Positions 1 to 11,319 of a DNA stretch of 64,000 nt are shown in pieces. Origin of the DNA: Acidimicrobiales bacterium (lineage in GTDB: Bacteria > Actinomycetota > Acidimicrobiia > Acidimicrobiales > SZUA-35); NCBI GenBank assembly GCA_020630065.1, contig JAHDCC010000006.1:61695-125694 (forward strand), given 5' to 3'. The position numbers were made by a program, and so were the translations under genes. The notes beneath the pieces were generated by a model. The model was given only the letters and a program-made list of their open reading frames with translations, was not told the DNA's origin and did not search any database. Positions within the stretch are counted from its first letter, which is position 1. Every line of letters starts with the position of its first letter.

Positions 1-1
1 T

Positions 2-991
2 GAACTAGTTGGTGATCAATTTACTGTCACCGGTAGCGACCTCGATCTAACAATTACAACCACGATCGAAGTTTCAGGCGAGTCTGACGGCAAGGCTGTA
101 ATTCCGGCTCGACTTGCCGCCGACATTGTCAAAGCGTTATCCCCTGGCGCAGTCGAATTATCTACCGAAGACGACACGTTGCGTATCAGCGCTGGCCGAA
201 GTGATTTCAGTATTCGGTTAATCACATCAGATGAGTTCCCAAAAATCACTGACATAGATGCGAAACCGGTTGAGCTAGATGCCGAACAGTTAGCTCATGC
301 GTTGAAACAAGTTGTTCTTGCTGCCAGCTCGGACGATTCACGACCGATCTTGACCGGTGTTTTGTTAGCTGCTGAAGGTGACTCGTTGCGGCTGGTCGCG
401 ACCGACTCGTATCGATTAGCCATGAAAGATATCGATGGGATCGAGTTACTGTCGGAAGGTGAACAGGTTCTTGTTCCTTCGCGAGCGTTGGGTGAATTAC
501 ATCGAATTCTGGCTAACGGCAAATCGATCACGCTGCGCTTAGGGGAAAAAGAGGCTTCGTTTACTGTTGAGGGAGTAACTCTCACCACTCGATTGATCGA
601 AGGTGATTTCCCGAACTACAGAGGTTTAGTTCCCGATCACCATCCCAACACCCTTACCGTCAACCGGACTGCTTTGCTCGATGCGCTCCGTCGTGTAAAA
701 CTTATGGCTCCGCAAGAGGGAACGCCGGTTCGTATTGAAATGAACGAACACGGTATGGAGTTAGTGGCTGTGACCGCTGATGTTGGTACCGCACGCGAAG
801 TTGTTGAGAGTAGTTATGTCGGAGAAGATCTAGTGGTTGCGTTCAACCCGCGATTTTTGCTTGAAGGTTTGGAAGTGGCACCCGGAGACGATGTCACTCT
901 TCTGACGACAGACGAACTGAAACCAGCACTAATCAAGAGTGTCGGGTTCGATAACTACTTGTACCTTTTGATGCCGGTCCGGGTTTCATAG
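2..991 (+). CDS. dnaN: DNA polymerase III beta sliding clamp, 5'-truncated by the window edge
   Basis: Frame 2 is open from base 2 (ELVGDQFTVTGSDLDL...) and runs into listed ORF 179-991. The sequence is clamp-like throughout and the gene is followed by recF-gyrB-gyrA. Confidence 0.93.
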   Translation, partial: ELVGDQFTVTGSDLDLTITTTIEVSGESDGKAVIPARLAADIVKALSPGAVELSTEDDTLRISAGRSDFSIRLITSDEFPKITDIDAKPVELDAEQLAHALKQVVLAASSDDSRPILTGVLLAAEGDSLRLVATDSYRLAMKDIDGIELLSEGEQVLVPSRALGELHRILANGKSITLRLGEKEASFTVEGVTLTTRLIEGDFPNYRGLVPDHHPNTLTVNRTALLDALRRVKLMAPQEGTPVRIEMNEHGMELVAVTADVGTAREVVESSYVGEDLVVAFNPRFLLEGLEVAPGDDVTLLTTDELKPALIKSVGFDNYLYLLMPVRVS

Positions 992-1032
992 CTAGTCTGT
1001 TCGGATTGGTCGAATCATCCTCCCCACAAAAT

Positions 1033-1061
1033 TGTGGAAAACTTTGTGGATTAGTGGATAA
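1033..1061 (+). promoter_or_regulatory. Cluster of three same-orientation DnaA-box-like 9-mers
   Basis: TGTGGAAAA (1033-1041), TGTGGATTA (1045-1053) and AGTGGATAA (1053-1061) each differ by 1 nt from TGTGGATAA, the reverse complement of TTATCCACA. They are preceded by the palindrome CCACAAAATTGTGG. Confidence 0.45.
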
Positions 1062-1106
1062 CTAGGAGGGTGTACCCATGCGGTGTTTGCTGATGGTTGC
1101 TTGTTT

Positions 1107-2201
1107 ATGCAATTAAATCGTCTATGGCTCCATAACTTTCGTAGCTACGAAACACTAGAGCTTCCACTTGAGCCCGGTCTTACTGCGTTGGTTGGCCCAA
1201 ATGGTATTGGTAAAACCAATGTGGTGGAAGCCGTATCGCTGCTGTCCACACTGAAGTCGTTTCGGGGCGCTCCGACTGAAAGCCTGGTTCGAAAAGGTGC
1301 TTCTACCGCCGTCATTCGAGCGGTTGGCGAACGCGACGGCCGGGAAGTTCTTGTCGAACTTCAACTTGGTGGCGGAAAAACCAAAGCACAAGTAAACAAA
1401 CAAAAACTCAGGCGGGCTCGCGACCTGTTGGGGGCATTGCGGGTCACCGTTTTTGGTCCGGACGATCTGGCATTGGTCAAAGAGGGTCCGTCGGTTCGGC
1501 GCACTTATGTTGATGATCTACTTGTTGCGCTCGATCCATCAGCTGATCGGCTTTTGGCTGACATTTCGAAGATATTGAAGCAGCGATCGGCTTTACTACG
1601 GTCGGCGCGTGGGGTCTTAGACGATTCGGCTGCCACTACTTTGGATGTGTGGGACGCCAAACTCGGTGATCGGGGTGCTGAGTTGACGAGTCGTCGTCAG
1701 CGACTACTCGAGGACTTGTTGAAACCGGCGAACGATTCGTACAGTGTGTTGGCTGATCGGGCTACCCGGATCGGGTTGAGTTACGAGCGGTCTTGGTCGG
1801 CTGAGTCGTTGTCGGAAGCGTTAGCGGAAGCTCGTAGTCATGACGTGAAACGGCAGATAACTTCGGTGGGTCCGCATCGTGATGATGTGGCGGTGACCAT
1901 CGATGGGTTTTCGGCTCGGACACAAGCATCTCAGGGTGAACAGCGAACGGTTGCGCTGGCTTTGCGTCTCGCTGGGCATCAACTTCTCACTAATCGGTTG
2001 GGGGAACCACCTTTGTTGTTGCTCGACGATGTGTTGTCCGAACTTGACCCAACGCGTTGTTCACAGCTTCTTCAACATGTTCCTCCAGGTCAGACTCTGC
2101 TGACGAGTGCGTCGGAGCTTCCGGTTGAAACCAACCCGGATAGAATCCTAAACTTGGAGCAGATGCTCAGCGACCTTCCAGACAGTTCCATTGAATTCTG
2201 A
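1107..2201 (+). CDS. recF: DNA replication/repair protein RecF
   Basis: MQLNRLWLHNFRSYE N-terminus, Walker A GPNGIGKTN, C-terminal LLLLDDVLSELD. ATG 1107 is preferred over the in-frame GTG at 1083 because RecF homologs begin at this point. Confidence 0.92.
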   Translation: MQLNRLWLHNFRSYETLELPLEPGLTALVGPNGIGKTNVVEAVSLLSTLKSFRGAPTESLVRKGASTAVIRAVGERDGREVLVELQLGGGKTKAQVNKQKLRRARDLLGALRVTVFGPDDLALVKEGPSVRRTYVDDLLVALDPSADRLLADISKILKQRSALLRSARGVLDDSAATTLDVWDAKLGDRGAELTSRRQRLLEDLLKPANDSYSVLADRATRIGLSYERSWSAESLSEALAEARSHDVKRQITSVGPHRDDVAVTIDGFSARTQASQGEQRTVALALRLAGHQLLTNRLGEPPLLLLDDVLSELDPTRCSQLLQHVPPGQTLLTSASELPVETNPDRILNLEQMLSDLPDSSIEF

Positions 2202-2490
2202 TCCGAAGCCGCTGGCTGAGAGTCTTAATCGATTCTTAGCGAATCTGGGTGCCCCGCCCACAAACGTGTTGTCCGAACTGGGAGCGGGATGGTCTGAGGT
2301 TGTTGGGCCCGCATTGGCCAAACAGACCAAACCAGTCCAGTTGGTGAACGGTGAGCTGGTTGTTCTTTGTTCTGATAGTGCGTGGGCGTCCCAAATTCAG
2401 TGGTGTACTTCCCAAATCAAAGACCGTTTTCAACAACTTTATCCACAGGTTGAGCTGTTGTCGGTTTCGACTCGGGTGAAACCAAATTGA
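2191..2490 (+). CDS. DUF721 (DciA-like) protein
   Basis: 99-aa ORF between recF and gyrB, the conserved actinobacterial position of DUF721. It has the pattern W..VVGPALA..T.P..L..G.L.V......WA. The TTG start overlaps the recF stop. Confidence 0.7.
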   Translation: MNSDPKPLAESLNRFLANLGAPPTNVLSELGAGWSEVVGPALAKQTKPVQLVNGELVVLCSDSAWASQIQWCTSQIKDRFQQLYPQVELLSVSTRVKPN

Positions 2491-2555
2491 CTCTGAATAT
2501 GACGGGGTGTAGTTGCCTGCTCGTGTGACCCCGGCTATCCCTCTATTTTTGATAG

Positions 2556-4625
<2,070 letters not shown>

Positions 4626-4656
4626 ATGTGTCTCAACTTCTATCTAGGTTGTAACC

Positions 4657-7170
4657 ATGAGTGACCTTCCTCCGAGTAATACCGACGCTGGTGGCAGCGA
4701 CGATTCGTCAGGCGAAATTGAGCCGATAGCGATTCAAAACGAGATGGAACAATCGTTCCTTGAATACGCCATGTCGGTTATCGTTTCGCGTGCGTTGCCT
4801 GACGCACGCGATGGTTTGAAGCCAGTGCATCGCCGTATTCTCTGGTCTATGTTCGACGCCGGGCATCAACCTAACCGAAGCCACGTAAAGTGCGCGACCG
4901 TTGTCGGCGACGTTATTGGACGTTACCACCCTCACGGTGACCAGGCGGTTTATGATTCGATGGTGCGGATGGGGCAGACCTTTTCGCTTCGCCACACGTT
5001 GATCGACCCGCACGGAAACTTCGGGTCTCCCGACGATCCGCCTGCCGCGTACCGTTACACCGAGTGTCGGTTGACGAAACTGGCGATGGAGTTGTTGAAA
5101 GACATCGACGAAGACACCGTCGACTTTGTTGATAACTTCGACGGTAAACATCAAGAACCGACTGTTCTGCCGAGTCGATTCCCGAACCTGTTAGTCAACG
5201 GTTCGCAAGGTATCGCCGTTGGTATGGCCACCAACATCCCGCCCCATAATTTGGGTGAAGTGATCGACGCGTCGATTCATCTAATCGATAATCCCGACGC
5301 CACTCCAGACGATTTGATGGAGTTTATTCAAGGCCCTGACTTTCCAACCAAAGCCCAAATATTGGGTCGGGTTGGGGCGCGAGATGCGTATCGTACCGGT
5401 CGCGGTTCGGTCCGGATGCGAGCGGTCGCCGAAATCGTCGAAGGTAAAACTAGTGACCAGATCATCGTCACTGAAGTTCCGTATCAAACGTCGGTCGACC
5501 AGATCGCCCGTAAAACGGCTGAGTTGGTTGAGCGAGGCGACATCGTCGGGTTGCGTGAAATTAGGAACGAGTCGGCTAAAGGTAACACCCGTTTAGTATT
5601 CGAACTTAAACGTGATGCCACGGCGTTGGTTGTTCTAAACAATTTGTACAAGTACACGCCGATGCAGACCACATTCAGCGTGAACATGGTTGCGCTGGTT
5701 GACGGCATTCCTCGAACCTTAAACCTTCGCGAAGCCTTAGTGGCCTACGTCGAACACCAAGTTGAGGTCGTTCGCAGACGAAGTGAATATCGCCTTCGTA
5801 AGTTAAACGAACGGGCGCACATCCTCGAGGGCCTCATCAAAGCGCTCGACCTGATCGATAAGATCATCGCCGCTATTCGAGCTTCGGAAGATCGCCAAGA
5901 AGCGAAATCTCGTCTGATGGGCGAAGGGTTTGAGTTCTCCGAAATTCAGGCCAACCATATTCTCGACATGCCTCTTGGACGGTTGACTCGACTAGCTCGA
6001 GCCGATCTCGAAGACGAGTTAGCTGAGAAGAAACTGATGATCGCCGCGTTGGAAGAGATTCTCGGTGACGAAGTCAAACTGCGCGAGGTCATCAAAGATG
6101 AAATGACCGAAATCAAAGATGTGTTTGCGACGCCTCGACAAACAATTTTGATGCCGGATCCGGGCGAGCTCGATATTGAAGATTTGATCGACGACGAAGA
6201 CCTTGTGGTTACGTTGACATCGACAGGTTATATCAAATCGGTTTCGGCTGAAGAGTTCCGAAGTCAGGGTCGCGGGGGCCGCGGTGTTACCGCGGCGAAG
6301 TTAAAGGACGACACTGAAGATCTAGTCAGCCATTTACTTCACACCACCGCACACGCCTATCTGCTGTTCTTCTCGACCAGAGGTCGGGTGTATCGGATTA
6401 AGGCACACGAGATTCCGATCACGAGTCGTACCTCTCGCGGTATGGCGTTAGTGAATCTTTTACAGCTCCAACCCGAAGAACACATCCAGGCTGTTATCGA
6501 TACACGCGACTACGAAACAAACCGGTTCCTGTTTTTTGCTACCCGTCAAGGACGAGTCAAGAAAACGTTGTTCAGCGCGTACGATTCGTCACTTAAAGCT
6601 GGTTTGATTGCGATCAAACTGAACGACGGCGATGAGCTGGTCGATGTTATTCCTACAAGCGGTGAGAACGACATCTTTATGGCTTCTCGAGCCGGGCAGG
6701 GTTTGCGGTTCTCCGAGGATGACGTTCGTCCGATGGGGCGAACGGCGGCCGGTGTTCGTGGCATGAAGTTCCGCGAAGGTGATGAACTAGTTAGCTGCGA
6801 TGCCCTTCGAGATGACACCGAAGTTTTGGTGGTCACCAGCGAAGGGTTCGGTAAGCGAGTAGATCCGTCGTTATTCTCGGTGAAGAAACGCGGTGGTCTC
6901 GGCGTTCGGTGTGTCACCGTTAACGAAAGAAAAGGTCAAGTCGTTGGCGCCATGGTCGTCAAACAGGATGAAGAGATTCTCCTGATTTCTTCCGGCGGTG
7001 TAATTATTAGGCTTCCGGTTGGAGATGTGTCACAGCAAGGTCGTGACGCTACCGGAGTTTCAGTCATGTCTCTGGGGTCTGGCGAACAGGTAGCAGCAGT
7101 AGCCCGATTGTTGGTGGTTGACACCGACGACGATGGCGACGATGATGATGACACCTTGGAAACAGAGTAA
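4657..7170 (+). CDS. gyrA: DNA gyrase subunit A
   Basis: [16 protein letters not shown], active-site AAYRYTE, C-terminal beta-pinwheel repeats, acidic tail [16 protein letters not shown]. Confidence 0.97.
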   Translation: MSDLPPSNTDAGGSDDSSGEIEPIAIQNEMEQSFLEYAMSVIVSRALPDARDGLKPVHRRILWSMFDAGHQPNRSHVKCATVVGDVIGRYHPHGDQAVYDSMVRMGQTFSLRHTLIDPHGNFGSPDDPPAAYRYTECRLTKLAMELLKDIDEDTVDFVDNFDGKHQEPTVLPSRFPNLLVNGSQGIAVGMATNIPPHNLGEVIDASIHLIDNPDATPDDLMEFIQGPDFPTKAQILGRVGARDAYRTGRGSVRMRAVAEIVEGKTSDQIIVTEVPYQTSVDQIARKTAELVERGDIVGLREIRNESAKGNTRLVFELKRDATALVVLNNLYKYTPMQTTFSVNMVALVDGIPRTLNLREALVAYVEHQVEVVRRRSEYRLRKLNERAHILEGLIKALDLIDKIIAAIRASEDRQEAKSRLMGEGFEFSEIQANHILDMPLGRLTRLARADLEDELAEKKLMIAALEEILGDEVKLREVIKDEMTEIKDVFATPRQTILMPDPGELDIEDLIDDEDLVVTLTSTGYIKSVSAEEFRSQGRGGRGVTAAKLKDDTEDLVSHLLHTTAHAYLLFFSTRGRVYRIKAHEIPITSRTSRGMALVNLLQLQPEEHIQAVIDTRDYETNRFLFFATRQGRVKKTLFSAYDSSLKAGLIAIKLNDGDELVDVIPTSGENDIFMASRAGQGLRFSEDDVRPMGRTAAGVRGMKFREGDELVSCDALRDDTEVLVVTSEGFGKRVDPSLFSVKKRGGLGVRCVTVNERKGQVVGAMVVKQDEEILLISSGGVIIRLPVGDVSQQGRDATGVSVMSLGSGEQVAAVARLLVVDTDDDGDDDDDTLETE

Positions 7171-7184
7171 GGCTTAAAGATGAG

Positions 7185-7213
7185 TCGATCCGAGGAACGC
7201 TACCTTGGATCGA
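7185..7213 (+). terminator. Hairpin after gyrA
   Basis: tcgatccgagg / ccttggatcga form an 11-bp stem (one G-U pair) with a 7-nt loop, 15 nt after the gyrA stop. There is no clear U-tract. Confidence 0.35.
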
Positions 7214-7341
7214 AGGTAGGAAGTTATTGTAATGAGCGTCTTGGTGCCCAGGTTGGTCCTCGAAGTAAATTGCGTTGGTAGTAGCCCTCGTTTCTTAACG
7301 ACGAGTAGGGGAGTCTAGTCATCAGTACTAAAGACGAAGAT

Positions 7342-9219
7342 GTGACAGACAAGATCGGACCGTTGGGGGACTCGTTGAAACCGGGTTCGAAATCTGAAGG
7401 TGCCGAGAAAAACGGAAGTAACGGTTCAAAGCCGGCTAAACGTGCCCGAAAGAAGTCGGCTGGGTCATCCAGGCTCGGAAATAACACGTCGACGGGTAAG
7501 GCTAAGAAACCTCGCAAAGCTGCCGGGTCGAAATCGACCGCCGGGAAGAAACGCACAACCGCGGCGAAGACTAGTAAAAAAAGGGCGGCTTCCAAGAAGC
7601 CTGCGACAAAGACCGCTACAGAAAAGGCGGCTGCGAAGAAAGCGGTTAGTAAAGAACGTCAGCCGACTCCTACCAAGAAACCGCCAACGTCTCCCACTTC
7701 GACAACCAAAACCGAATCTGTCGAGTCTGATCCAGACAAAACCTCGGTGGTTAACGTCAAAGAAGAGCTCGGTAAGGCCCGCCCAAGCCTGTTGGACCGG
7801 CTTCTCGACACGTCGGTTTCTGATGCTGGTTCCAAAAAGTCGGCCAAGCCGGATGATTCTTCCGACGATGAAAGCTCTCCGGCTGCCTCCGCATCGTCTG
7901 ACAAAAAAGCCCAGGTTGACGACGATTTGCCGCTTGATGCAGAAAAACCTGACGATCTTTTCTCGAACCTGAATCGTGCTTCGAAGAATAAGAAAAGCTC
8001 GTCCGACGATTTCGAAGACCTGCTTTTGGGTGGACTAAGCGGCTCTGAAACATCCAAAGTCGTTAAACCAGCGTCTAAAAGCGAGCATTGGACCAAGCAG
8101 GATCACGAACGACCAACCCAGATCCCAGCAAGTAAAGCGGGTTCTGCCAAGAAAATGCCTGCAGGTGCCAGCAGCCGAGTTAACGCCGCCTCAACCTCCG
8201 GGTCGAAGAAACCCGCCAAGATCGATGATGACGCCACCGACGAAATCAGAGGCGACGCTAAAAATCCGATAGGTCGTCAAAAGACGAGACCGGCACCTCC
8301 GGCTCCGCCAACGGCTAAACCTAAACCGGCGCCCAATACCGCCAAGGATGACGCAGAGTCGACTACTATTCATGACACCCCTACCGGTGAGATAGAAGTT
8401 GAACCTACCAAACCTGAAGCGGCGACACCTTCAAAGGCTAAAACCTCTGATACGTCGAACGTTTTGTCGGGTGTAAGCGCAGTTCGTAAACGCGCCCAGA
8501 TGAAAGCCGAAGCAGCCAAAAAACGTTTGGCCGAAACATCAACGGCAGAAGAAGATAAAGATCAGTCCACGGCGGAACTGTTAAAGGAAAACACCACGTC
8601 GACTGTACAAGATAAAGACGAAGAGACGAAAACTTCTGAGGTTTCTAGCGTTTCTGCACGCAAAACCGAAGAAATCGTCGAAGAGCCAGAACTCGAAGAC
8701 GGTTTCGAATCGTCAGAGTTGTTGGAAGAAACCGAGTTAGAGACAACCGCTGACGTTACCGGTGAGATTGATCGCCGAGGACGGGGCGGGTTTAAAGTTT
8801 CGACCGAGTCGGTTAAACAGTCGTTGCGTCCACCGCCACGGGTTCGTGCCCGTAAAGTTCGGCGCGTGATTCGACACGTTGACCCTTGGTCGGTTCTTAC
8901 GTTCTCTGTTCTGTTTCATTTGACAATTTTTTCTTCGTTGCTGCTCGGCTCGGTTCTGATCTGGCAGGTAGCGGCAGCGTCGGGAACGATCGAAAATATT
9001 GAGGACGTAATCAAAGATCTCGGTTCGTTCGAAACGTACGAATTGAACGGTTGGGCGATTTTCCGGGCTGCGGTAGCGGTAGCGGCGATATTTACGCTGG
9101 CTTCAACCATTCTGGTCGTTATTATGTCCGTAATATTCAACCTGATTTCGGATCTCGTGGGCGGTATTCGGGTGACAGTCGTTCAAGAAGAGACAGTCCG
9201 GGTACAACGAGATAAATAG
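7342..9219 (+). CDS. DUF3566-type membrane protein with a long Lys/Ala/Pro/Ser-rich disordered N-terminal region
   Basis: GTG start. About 500 aa are low-complexity (KKPRKAAGSKSTAGKKRTTAAKTSKKRAASKK...). The C-terminus RKVRRVIRHVDPWSVLTFSVLFHL...ISDLVGGIRVTV has 2 TM helices, as in the gene after gyrA in actinobacteria. Confidence 0.7.
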   Translation: MTDKIGPLGDSLKPGSKSEGAEKNGSNGSKPAKRARKKSAGSSRLGNNTSTGKAKKPRKAAGSKSTAGKKRTTAAKTSKKRAASKKPATKTATEKAAAKKAVSKERQPTPTKKPPTSPTSTTKTESVESDPDKTSVVNVKEELGKARPSLLDRLLDTSVSDAGSKKSAKPDDSSDDESSPAASASSDKKAQVDDDLPLDAEKPDDLFSNLNRASKNKKSSSDDFEDLLLGGLSGSETSKVVKPASKSEHWTKQDHERPTQIPASKAGSAKKMPAGASSRVNAASTSGSKKPAKIDDDATDEIRGDAKNPIGRQKTRPAPPAPPTAKPKPAPNTAKDDAESTTIHDTPTGEIEVEPTKPEAATPSKAKTSDTSNVLSGVSAVRKRAQMKAEAAKKRLAETSTAEEDKDQSTAELLKENTTSTVQDKDEETKTSEVSSVSARKTEEIVEEPELEDGFESSELLEETELETTADVTGEIDRRGRGGFKVSTESVKQSLRPPPRVRARKVRRVIRHVDPWSVLTFSVLFHLTIFSSLLLGSVLIWQVAAASGTIENIEDVIKDLGSFETYELNGWAIFRAAVAVAAIFTLASTILVVIMSVIFNLISDLVGGIRVTVVQEETVRVQRDK

Positions 9220-9262
9220 AGTAGTGGCCCAGCCCTAAACCGGGTAACGTTGATCCGTCCCC

Positions 9263-9336
<74 letters not shown>

Positions 9337-9376
9337 CTAACAACCCGGCACCTCTTCGAGTTGCTTCGGGTTGTTA

Positions 9377-9402
9377 GAAGTTTCGCCTAAAGGCGAAACT
9401 TC
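9377..9402 (+). terminator. Hairpin terminator after tRNA-Ile
   Basis: gaagtttcgcc-taaa-ggcgaaacttc is a perfect 11-bp stem with a 4-nt loop. A second 11-bp stem pairs 9337-9347 with 9367-9377. Confidence 0.55.
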
Positions 9403-9592
9403 CGCTGTCTCAGTTCTCTTCGCTAGTTTGGTTTCGCCAACATCTAGAAGGCCAAGCGTTCCACAGTCGGGAACATGCCTTAGCATCACCACTTCACTTG
9501 TGTAGTCACTCAAAGCGAGTTCACTTTGTTTGAAAATGGACCGTTTCTTGAACACCGATACGTTCAGACCCGAATCCGCTCGAACATTTATT

Positions 9593-9660
9593 TTCGAGAA
9601 AACCCTAGTCAGACCTTCGAAAAAACCCTAGTCAGACGTTCGAAAAAACCCTAGTATAAA
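9593..9660 (+). repeat. About three tandem 23-bp direct repeats (iteron-like) abutting the AAA ATPase start
   Basis: ttcgagaaaaccctagtcagacc / ttcgaaaaaaccctagtcagacg / ttcgaaaaaaccctagtataaac. The last unit carries TAGTAT/TATAAA 4-7 nt before ATG 9664. Confidence 0.8.
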
Positions 9661-9663
9661 CAA

Positions 9664-10938
9664 ATGCGGCTATCACGTGGGATCGAACCCGTCCTCCATA
9701 ACCTCCTCGATACAACCAAAATAGTTGTACTCGAAGGCGGTCGCGGTGTAGGAAAGACGACGTTGGCCCAAGAAATAGCCGAAAAACGACAATTTCAAAC
9801 TCTCTTTGACCTCTCAGACCCCGCTGACCGGGCAGTTCTAGAAGCCGACGCCCACCGGGTGCTAGCGGCATCACCCAAACCGGTGCTCATAGACGAAGCA
9901 CAGCTAGTGGCAGAACTACCTGTAGCAGTCAAACGCGTTGTCGATTCCGACCCAGCCAACGGACAGTTTCTGCTAACCGGATCATCCCGCATCGGACGCG
10001 GAGCCCTCGGAGGCGCCGACCCCCTCGCAGGCCGAGCCGTGCGCCTACGCCTACGACCCTTTACCCAAGCTGAGCTCGCCGGAACCCCAGCGAATGTAAT
10101 CTCCCGATGGTGGTCAAAAGACTTCAGCTCAGAAATCTACCCTGAGCTGCCCATAGACGAACTTCATAGCCGCATCACCAGAGGAGGACTGCCGCCAATA
10201 GCCATCGAAGCTGACCCAGCCGACGAGAAGATATCGCCCGATATTCAACGGCGAATCCTCGCAAACTACATCGATGGCGTGCTGACCACAAACATTGCCG
10301 GAACACGAACCCGACAAGCCGGTTTGTTGAAAACCTTTAACTACCTGGCTTCAAACCCAAGCCAAATATTGAACCTTAGCCGCGCTGCTTCAGAACTCCA
10401 GATGCGAGTAGAAACCGTACAAAACTATCTCGATATATGCCAGACAGCGTTCCTAATCGATACCGTGCCAGCCCATCGTCCAGGACAGCACCAAACCGTT
10501 GCCGCCCACCCTCGTCTCTATATCGCCGATACAGCGATCGCCTCCTGGGCGGCAGAAACAACTGTCGAACGTTTACGAAGGGATGTGCGTTTGTCAGGAG
10601 CGATGGTTGAAAATTTCGTGGTCAATGAACTAGCTGCCCAAGCCGAATGGGTTCTGTCATCAAGCTCACTACTACATTGGCGCGACACACGCGCCGGTAA
10701 AGAAGTCGATGTTGTATTACGCAAACCAACAGGTGAGTTGCTGGCAATCGAAATTAAATCGGCGGCTTCTGTAACAACCAACGATACGAGAGGGCTTGCT
10801 GCGTTCGCCGACCGAGTCGGAGACCAACTTGTTGGAAGTTGTGTAATTTATACCGGGCGCGTCACTCAACAACTAGACAGCAACATATGGGCTGTTCCAC
10901 TCTCTAGTTTCTTCAACCCCACATCCGTACGAGCTTAA
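9664..10938 (+). CDS. AAA+ ATPase of the AAA_14/DUF4143 type
   Basis: Walker A GGRGVGKTT, Walker B-like VLIDEAQ, LLTGSS, and a C-terminal region with WRD..G.EVDVVL...IEIKS typical of the DUF4143 family. Confidence 0.8.
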   Translation: MRLSRGIEPVLHNLLDTTKIVVLEGGRGVGKTTLAQEIAEKRQFQTLFDLSDPADRAVLEADAHRVLAASPKPVLIDEAQLVAELPVAVKRVVDSDPANGQFLLTGSSRIGRGALGGADPLAGRAVRLRLRPFTQAELAGTPANVISRWWSKDFSSEIYPELPIDELHSRITRGGLPPIAIEADPADEKISPDIQRRILANYIDGVLTTNIAGTRTRQAGLLKTFNYLASNPSQILNLSRAASELQMRVETVQNYLDICQTAFLIDTVPAHRPGQHQTVAAHPRLYIADTAIASWAAETTVERLRRDVRLSGAMVENFVVNELAAQAEWVLSSSSLLHWRDTRAGKEVDVVLRKPTGELLAIEIKSAASVTTNDTRGLAAFADRVGDQLVGSCVIYTGRVTQQLDSNIWAVPLSSFFNPTSVRA

Positions 10939-11157
10939 ACAACAATAGCCAGTCAACATCAACAGGGCTGTGGATAAAGGTGTTGATAGTTTGAAGAAAT
11001 CTGAGAAAGCCTGTGCGAAACCGCCCAAAAAAGTATCAACGGCAAACAAATAGTAGGTCAACCGACCGCTAAACAGGTACCCAGGTTCCCCACAACGCCT
11101 GTGTATAACCAGACCCGTCGGTTTTGAACGACCCGATTGGTGTAGACTAAAAAGCTA

Positions 11158-11319
11158 TGATCAGACTCGCCCGACGTGTCCTAGCCACTCTAAGTTTGGC
11201 TGGGCTGGTTGCTGCCCTTATTCGCGTACGAGGAAAAGGCGGCGTGCCGCCCCAATCCGGTGGGTGGCGAGAAATAAGCCCGGCCGAGCTGAAACAATCA
11301 GCGCACACCAACCACTAGT
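11158..11319 (+). CDS. Small single-TM protein (53 aa), hypothetical
   Basis: MIRLARRVLATLSLAGLVAALIRVRGKGG... is not in the ORF track because it is under 60 aa. Its TAG stop overlaps the GTG of the next gene (cacTAGTGcac). Confidence 0.3.

Noticed and set aside
7400-7972. 190-aa alternative-frame ORF (Arg/Pro/Leu-rich) within the DUF3566 gene, plus minus-strand ORFs 7224-8096
   Set aside because: They are shadow frames of a low-complexity Lys/Ala/Ser-rich gene. The frame ending in the conserved DUF3566 domain is the coherent one.
9593-9660. Possible CRISPR array
   Set aside because: The 23-bp units are directly abutting with no spacers. There are only about three copies and no cas genes in the window.
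10969-10977. Perfect DnaA box TGTGGATAA (and TGTGTATAA at 11100-11108)
   Set aside because: These are isolated single sites. One perfect 9-mer in 64 kb counting both strands is roughly what chance predicts, so there is no evidence of function.
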